Origin: Octopus bimaculoides
Taxonomy: Eukaryota
Direction: 5' to 3'
Assembly (NCBI RefSeq): GCF_001194135.2
Contig: NC_068999.1
Location: 8,092,794-8,130,080, forward strand
Length of the DNA stretch: 37,287 bases
Position numbers and translations under genes: made by a program. Positions 31,636 through 37,287 of this stretch are shown one piece after another. The notes under the pieces are model-generated. The model worked only from the letters and a program-made list of their open reading frames with translations, ran no database searches and was not told the origin of the DNA. Positions within the stretch are counted from its first letter, which is position 1, and each line of letters begins with the position of its first letter.

Positions 31636-33365
31636 ATAGAGGGTTGGCCATAACGAAGGGGCATACTTTAAATGCTAGTATCTCTCTCTCTCTGTGAATG
31701 TATTTCTCGTTATGTGTATGAGGAGACGGAAAGCATGTATGTCAATCGTGTTCGATCAGCATATTGTAATCCCCCCTCTCTCTCTCTCTCTTCTCTCTCG
31801 TCCACCCTCTCACACAGTCTTTCCATCAGTATGTGTCATGTGTACATTTCTGCAAACGCGTACGTGCGCGAGCGTGCGTGCCTCTAGTGCCAAAAAGTAC
31901 AGTCACTCAAACGGGCTGAAAGTTCTATCAGCTGTGCCAAACGGCCTGCATCCAAACGGCTCCACCAAATTGTTTTATTCCGCTCTGCTTAAATAAAACA
32001 AAAGGAAACGACTATTAGATATGACGTTGCCATTATTGATGACGTCATATGTTTATTATTATTATTATCATCATTATTGTTGGTTTATCTGGTTTACATT
32101 TTATTGTCATTTTATCATAGTTTTGGCTTTGTTGTTCCAATTTATTTCATATATCTTCTGTTTCCTTTTTCTGTTTTGTTTCTTTATCTTATTGGTACGC
32201 CATACATTTTAATTCACTTTGCAGATTAACAAGATCTGTGAGATCGGAGAGAAAAATAATTTTCGTCGAAGAAATATTCGAGTTGTACTTCTTGCCTGGG
32301 ATTTAAAAAAAAGAAAAGAAATAAAAAAAATAATAATAAAGAAAAGAAAGAAAAAATATTTATGAAACGTTGGAAATGGTAAATCATTTTTAAACGTTGT
32401 TACTCTCCATTTTCGTTCCACCATTTCATTATTGATCACTTGTGATTGCGAACCAGTCAGTAGAACAAATGTCGTCTGCTTATGAACCAGTCAGCATGAT
32501 TAATTAACACAGTTTATGTATCTTTATATCACGACTATATTAACAAGGATTTTTAAGATCGCTTCTCTATCATTATGAAGATTTTGTAGGTTCCTCTCGC
32601 TTCAATAACCGTTTACTCCGCTTGTGAACCGGTCAAAGAGATTATTTCTCAGAATTGAATTTATACATCTCTATAACACGACTATGTTATAAGTAAAAAC
32701 AGGAATAAAACAAAAGGCTTCTATTTGCATAATGATGATCATATAGGACCGTCTCGACGCGTATACTTTTACTTATGAACTTACAACTCACATACCAACA
32801 GCCATGACGTCTGAAATGCCTCTGATTTGCTTCTTTACATACGTTTCAGTTTGTTTTTCAATCCTTTTGTTCATTTTCTTTATCGTACCATTTCTCTTGG
32901 CTTATTCATACGCTTCTTTATTCTTTCTGGTTTTGGTTGAAATGCACATTTTAATGAATTCACAGATGTGGTCCGTGTTCACAGAAAGACTCCAAAAAAT
33001 AAGGACCGCAATTGTGGACTACGTTATTCCGCCCTCAATACGTAACGTCTAACATATTTGCATGGCTTCTAAAAAGGGGGTATAAAGGAAATACTAAAGA
33101 AAAATAAACGATAATATACCAATTAGACGAGTCTGAGAAAATTAATATGAATTATTATATAATACATAAAGTACACATTATAGCCAACATCTAAAACCTT
33201 TGACAGGAATTTGTTGTGCCTCAATTTAATACACACGCACACTCTCATTCATTCATTCATTCGTTCGTTCATCCATTCAAACATGCATGCATGCATACAT
33301 ACATACATACNNNNNNNNNNTACATACATACATACATACATACATACATACGTACGTACATACAT

Positions 33366-33943
33366 ATGGTAGAAGCCATAGCCACTCATAATAAAACGGA
33401 GTGCCGGTGGAATGTCCCAGTGAAAACCTCAATAAAATGTAAGAACAACAGACCTGACATAATGTTTAAGGATAGAGAAGAGAGACTGTGCACAGTTGTG
33501 GAAATTAGCTGCCCAGCGGATGTTGACATAAAGCTGAAGATCAGCAAAATGGGAAATGCCTACGTTGAACTATTGAGGAATCTACAGCTACTCTATCCAG
33601 ATTACAAGTTCAGGTTTATACCTGTAATTATTAGGGCCCTGGGATATGTAACACACTGCATAAATACCAGTCTTGAGAAATTAGGCTTCTCAAAACCAGA
33701 AAGGAGAAAGCTAATTCGAAGACTACAGATCAAAGCCATCTCTGGAACTGTAAAAATCTGTAAAACTTTCCAGAAATGTATCATTTAAATATATATATGA
33801 ACATCTCATATATATATATATATATGCATATACATACATACATACATACAAACAAAAATACCCGGTTGTTGATGTTGAAATTCCAATGAAGGCGCCTTGG
33901 ATCTAGGTTTGGCAAGAAATCTTGAAATAAAACTGAACAATGA
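33366..33943 (+). mobile_element. 5'-truncated RLE LINE 3' end with an open endonuclease reading frame, embedded in (TACA)n
   Basis: MVEAIATHNKTECRWNVPVKTSIKCKNNRPDIMFKDREERLCTVVEISCPAD...KYVELL-like...FRFIPVIIRALG...GTVKICKTFQKCII* (stop 33786-33788) contains RPD, E-x-S-C-P and IPVI-x-x-ALG motifs. (TACA)n lies immediately on both sides. Confidence 0.88.
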
Positions 33944-33967
33944 CATACATACATACATACATACATA

Positions 33968-34240
33968 AAAAAAACTGGTACTCCGTCGGTTATGACGACG
34001 AGGGTTCTAGTTGATCCAATCGTGAAATTAACGTGCAAGTGGCTGAGCACTCCACAGGCGCGTACCCTTAACGTAGACATCAGAGATATTCAGCATGGTA
34101 CAGAATGTGACAAGGTTGGCCCTTGAAATACGAGAAGTACTCATTTTTGCCAGCTGAGTAGAGTGGAGCAAGGTGAAATGAAGCGTCTTGCTCAAGGATA
34201 CAACGAGCCGCCGGGTATCGAACTCACAACCTTACGATCG
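33968..34240 (-). mobile_element. SINE family C variant
   Basis: 'ggtactccgtcggttatgacgacgagggttc...gtgcaagtggctgagcactccacagg...cgggtatcgaactcacaacc'. Confidence 0.85.
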
Positions 34241-34302
34241 TAACTTAGCGATTCGGCAAAAAAAAAAAAACACCGATAGAATAAGTATTAGGCTTGAAAA
34301 AG

Positions 34303-34525
34303 CGGTGAGCTGGCAGAAACGTTAGCGCCCCGGGCGAAATGCTTAGCGGTATTTCGTCTGCCGCTACGTTCTGAGTTCAAATTCCGCCGAGGTATCCTTT
34401 CGGGGTCGATAAATTAAGTACCAGTTACACACTGGGGTCGATGTAATCGACTGACTTAATCCCTTTGTCTGTTCTTGTTTATCCCCTCTATGTTTTGCTC
34501 CTTGTGGGCAATAAATAAATAAGAA
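34303..34525 (+). mobile_element. SINE family A, young near full-length copy with type-1 tail
   Basis: Nearly identical to 7941-8176 apart from a deletion of about 17 nt. Confidence 0.92.
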
Positions 34526-35944
34526 TAAGTACTAGGATAATATATTAATATATGTCCCAGGGTNNNNNNNNNNNNNNNNNNNNNNNNNNNNNNNNNNNNN
34601 NNNNNNNNNNNNNNNNNNNNNNNNNNNNNNNNNNNNNNNNNNNNNNNNNNNNNNNNNNNNNNNNNNNNNNNNNNNNNNNNNNNNNNNNNNNNNNNNNNNN
34701 NNNNNNNNNNNNNNNNNNNNNNNNNNNNNNNNNNNNNNNNNNNNNNNNNNNNNNNNNNNNNNNNNNNNNNNNNNNNNNNNNNNNNNNNNNNNNNNNNNNN
34801 NNNNNNNNNNNNNNNNNNNNNNNNNNNNNNNNNNNNNNNNNNNNNNNNNNNNNNNNNNNNNNNNNNNNNNNNNNNNNNNNNNNNNNNNNNNNNNNNNNNN
34901 NNNNNNNNNNNNNNNNNNNNNNNNNNNNNNNNNNNNNNNNNNNNNNNNNNNNNNNNNNNNNNNNNNNNNNNNNNNNNNNNNNNNNNNNNNNNNNNNNNNN
35001 NNNNNNNNNNNNNNNNNNNNNNNNNNNNNNNNNNNNNNNNNNNNNNNAAAACTCAGGTAGGCGTCAATATATCGAATGATGTATGCAAAAAAAAAAAAAT
35101 TCTTAGATTGATATTTGCTTTAGTAGCGGAAAGAAAACAAAAAGCTAACTGTAGTTGTTTGCAACTCTCGAAGAAAAAGGACGTTAGTTAATATGAAGAT
35201 ATTCACAATCCATACGACATAAAATTGAATTTTCATGTAATGGTGGGGGGGGGGGCAGACAGTAACAGGAATATTTCTACCTTGATATCATCAGCATAGC
35301 ATGGCCTACTTTGATCCGTTGACAGATGCGTTTCACAAGTAGAAAAAGAGTTATGAAGATTTTTGGTCGATTTAATTTGCATGAATTATAATTACAGAAA
35401 AAGTTCAATTGGAAATAACTGGAATGTGTGAATAATATGAATTTGCATAATTCAGGTATGTAGTAGTAGCGAGGACAACGAAAGTTAATTATTCTTTATG
35501 AAGATATGCGTGACAGAGAGAAAAAGAGAGAGACAGAATAAGAAAGACAACGTGAGTGAGAGAGAGAGAGTGTGTGTGATGGGGGAAAATAAAAGACTGA
35601 ATGAGCGACAGAGAGACACAGAATTTAAAACAAAAACAAATTATGATCCACCTGAAAAGAAATAACAAACGAGTAATGGAAATAATTTCTCATGGCCAGC
35701 GGGCATTAATACAAAAGCGAAATATTCCTGTAATGCCTACATTTCTCTCACTTTCTCGTGACCACGTATCTACCATCCCCGTTCCCATCTTCTAAATAAT
35801 GGAAGGTTCAAGTCTTAAATTCAAGCACGTTCCGTCAGTAATTACTCAGGGTAGGGAGTTGGTGACCTTTATTTTGTAAAACACTCAAAAAAATAAGCGA
35901 AACACAGACGTGCGACTGAGTTGAAGACAGATTTACTTCTGCTT

Positions 35945-36767
35945 TTAGAGGAGTATTCGAGTGGTTCCAAACAGTGCTGTTTTCTGCAAGTGCTTCACCC
36001 TTATTGCAGCCCCTATCTATTCCACGTACTTCTCGACATTTTTGCTAACTGTTCCCAAGGTTCCGACAATTATTGGTACTACTTCTACCTTTTCTTTTCA
36101 TCGACCACAACTGCTTAACTTCCCAAGCTAACCTGTCATATCTCTCGACTTTTCTTTCTGCCTTATCGCATACCTTGTTGTCAGCTGAGCATGCTATATC
36201 TATGATGCAGCATAATTTGTTTTCTTTCTCAATTAAGACTATGTCCGACTTCCTATTCTCTATCTCATGGTCGCACTGAATCATAAAATCCCATAGGAAC
36301 TTTGCATTTCCATTTTCGACGATGTCTTCAGGTTTGTGGTCGTACCAATTTTTTGCTCTGTCAAGTCCATACTTATTGCAAAGTGTCCAATGGACAAGCC
36401 TGACTATATTATCGTGGCGTCTCTTATATTCCTTCTGGTCTAGTGGCGTACATTGCCTGGTAATATGCCATACGGTTTCACCATTTTGTCCACAGATTCT
36501 GCACTCATCACTTTCTGCTGTGTTGTCTATTCTGTATTTTATGTAGTTTGTTCTTAGTGCTTGCTCTTGGGCAGCACAGATTAGAGCCTCCGTATCCGGT
36601 TTTAAATCACTTTTAGTCCTCCCTCCACAACCATCTTTTTTCTCTGTCTGTCTTATCTTCAGCATCTCTATGAAATTGACCATGGATTCTTTTCTTTATC
36701 CACCGATTTTCAGTTTCATTCGTTTTCAATTTCATGTATAGTGCTTTATCTTTGCAATCTTTCATTC
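35945..36767 (-). pseudogene. 5'-truncated R4/Dong-like LINE: post-RT region, CCHC zinc knuckle and RLE domain
   Basis: HGQFHRD...RWLW / SDLKPDTEALICAAQEQALRTNY...CRICGQNGETVWHITRQC (C-x2-C-x8-H-x4-C)...YKRRHD...LWDFMIQCDHEIENRKSDIV...IIDIAC...KVERY / VEVVPIIVGTLG...LQKTALFGTTRILL*. Homology starts directly after the (TAA)n run at 36768-36814. Confidence 0.92.

Positions 36768-36814
<47 letters not shown>
36768..36814 (+). repeat. (ATT)n microsatellite
   Basis: About 15 perfect units. Confidence 0.95.
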
Positions 36815-36815
<1 letters not shown>

Positions 36816-36994
36816 TGTTTGGAATTGGATTTCGAAGTACTTACAAAGCTACAAAAATAGCATGGAAAATCCTTCAACTTTTTCAACCAGGTATTTATAT
36901 GCTATCATTTATAGCTTAGTATGTACTTCGAAATTAAATTCCTCCGTTCTCTTGAAAGTTTACAAATTCTTATGGCGTCACCAATATATGTAAT

Positions 36995-37287
36995 CCGTGT
37001 GTATGTGCATGCGTGTGTGCGTGCGTGCGTGTGTGCGTGCGTGCGTGTGTGCACGTCTGTCTGTATGTGTGTGATAGATAAATAGATAAAGTGATATAGA
37101 TATACATATGTACGTACATATGCACACGCACACACATACACACACACACACACGCATAAACGTGTATTTTTACATTATGCTTACATGAATACACAGTATA
37201 TATTATGTATATTATATATATATATTATATGTTATATATGCATACATACATACATAAGTATATATACTTATATATATATATATATAT
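36995..37287. repeat. (GTGC)n/(CA)n/(TA)n low-complexity end of window
   Basis: Direct reading. Confidence 0.85.

Larger units (their letters stand above)
1538..35047. other. Assembly gaps: 1538-1686, 2038-3005, 5792-6467, 7413-7442, 11846-12232, 13429-13844, 14902-15407, 18494-19257, 19911-19920, 20526-21116, 23378-23405, 24187-24532, 26094-26350, 33311-33320, 34564-35047
   Basis: N-runs in the sequence; nearly all abut microsatellites or SINEs. Confidence 0.98.

Noticed and set aside
33533-33560. CTGAAGA...GAAA motif
   Set aside because: It lies inside the RLE coding frame and has no stem II.
1512-35079. Long ORFs in the track such as 1942-3132, 2027-3028, 5658-6510, 18370-19437, 19835-21286 and 34552-35079
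   Set aside because: They are open only because N-runs or microsatellites lack stop codons; the translations are X-runs or YI/CV/LS/HT repeats.
35255-35300. Hammerhead-like CTGATGA...GAAA on the minus strand
   Set aside because: Stem II has only 3 weak pairs and stems I and III cannot form, so it is a chance match.
11619-35448. Six octamer motifs (ATTTGCAT/ATGCAAAT at 11619, 22531, 32723, 33056, 35375, 35441)
   Set aside because: The motif is AT-rich and a rough composition estimate expects about two by chance, so the excess is too weak to report without conservation data.
35397-35460. Segment with AG acceptor and strong CAG|GTATGT donor
   Set aside because: All three frames contain stops and there is no independent support for a non-coding exon.

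Overview
This is eukaryotic, AT-rich, repeat-saturated non-coding DNA from a gapped draft assembly, with 15 N-runs covering roughly 6 kb. The SINE families and microsatellite load look like an octopus (coleoid cephalopod) genome; that is an inference from recognising the repeats, not a search result. I can find no intact host protein-coding gene, and most listed ORFs are artefacts of N-runs or microsatellites. Supported content: (1) about 35-40 copies or fragments of three tRNA-derived SINE families (called A, B and C here), including a 4-unit head-to-tail array and a SINE nested inside an opposite-strand SINE; (2) decayed fragments of restriction-like-endonuclease (RLE) non-LTR retrotransposons, namely R4/Dong-like pieces abutting (TAA)n and a second family embedded in (TACA)n, plus a possible Tx1/L1-like 3' end abutting (GATA)n; (3) a dead Tc1/mariner-type transposase at 30.3-31.2 kb; (4) a near-perfect foldback with 120-bp arms at 16305-16573; (5) hammerhead-ribozyme-like motifs, one foldable as a minimal type I hammerhead (1325-1369), a sister copy with an intact core (27064-27098) and two degenerate ones; (6) several gap-flanking duplications that are probably assembly artefacts. 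The best candidates for something new are the hammerhead-bearing non-coding repeat, the foldback element and the pairing of different retroelement families with different microsatellites.
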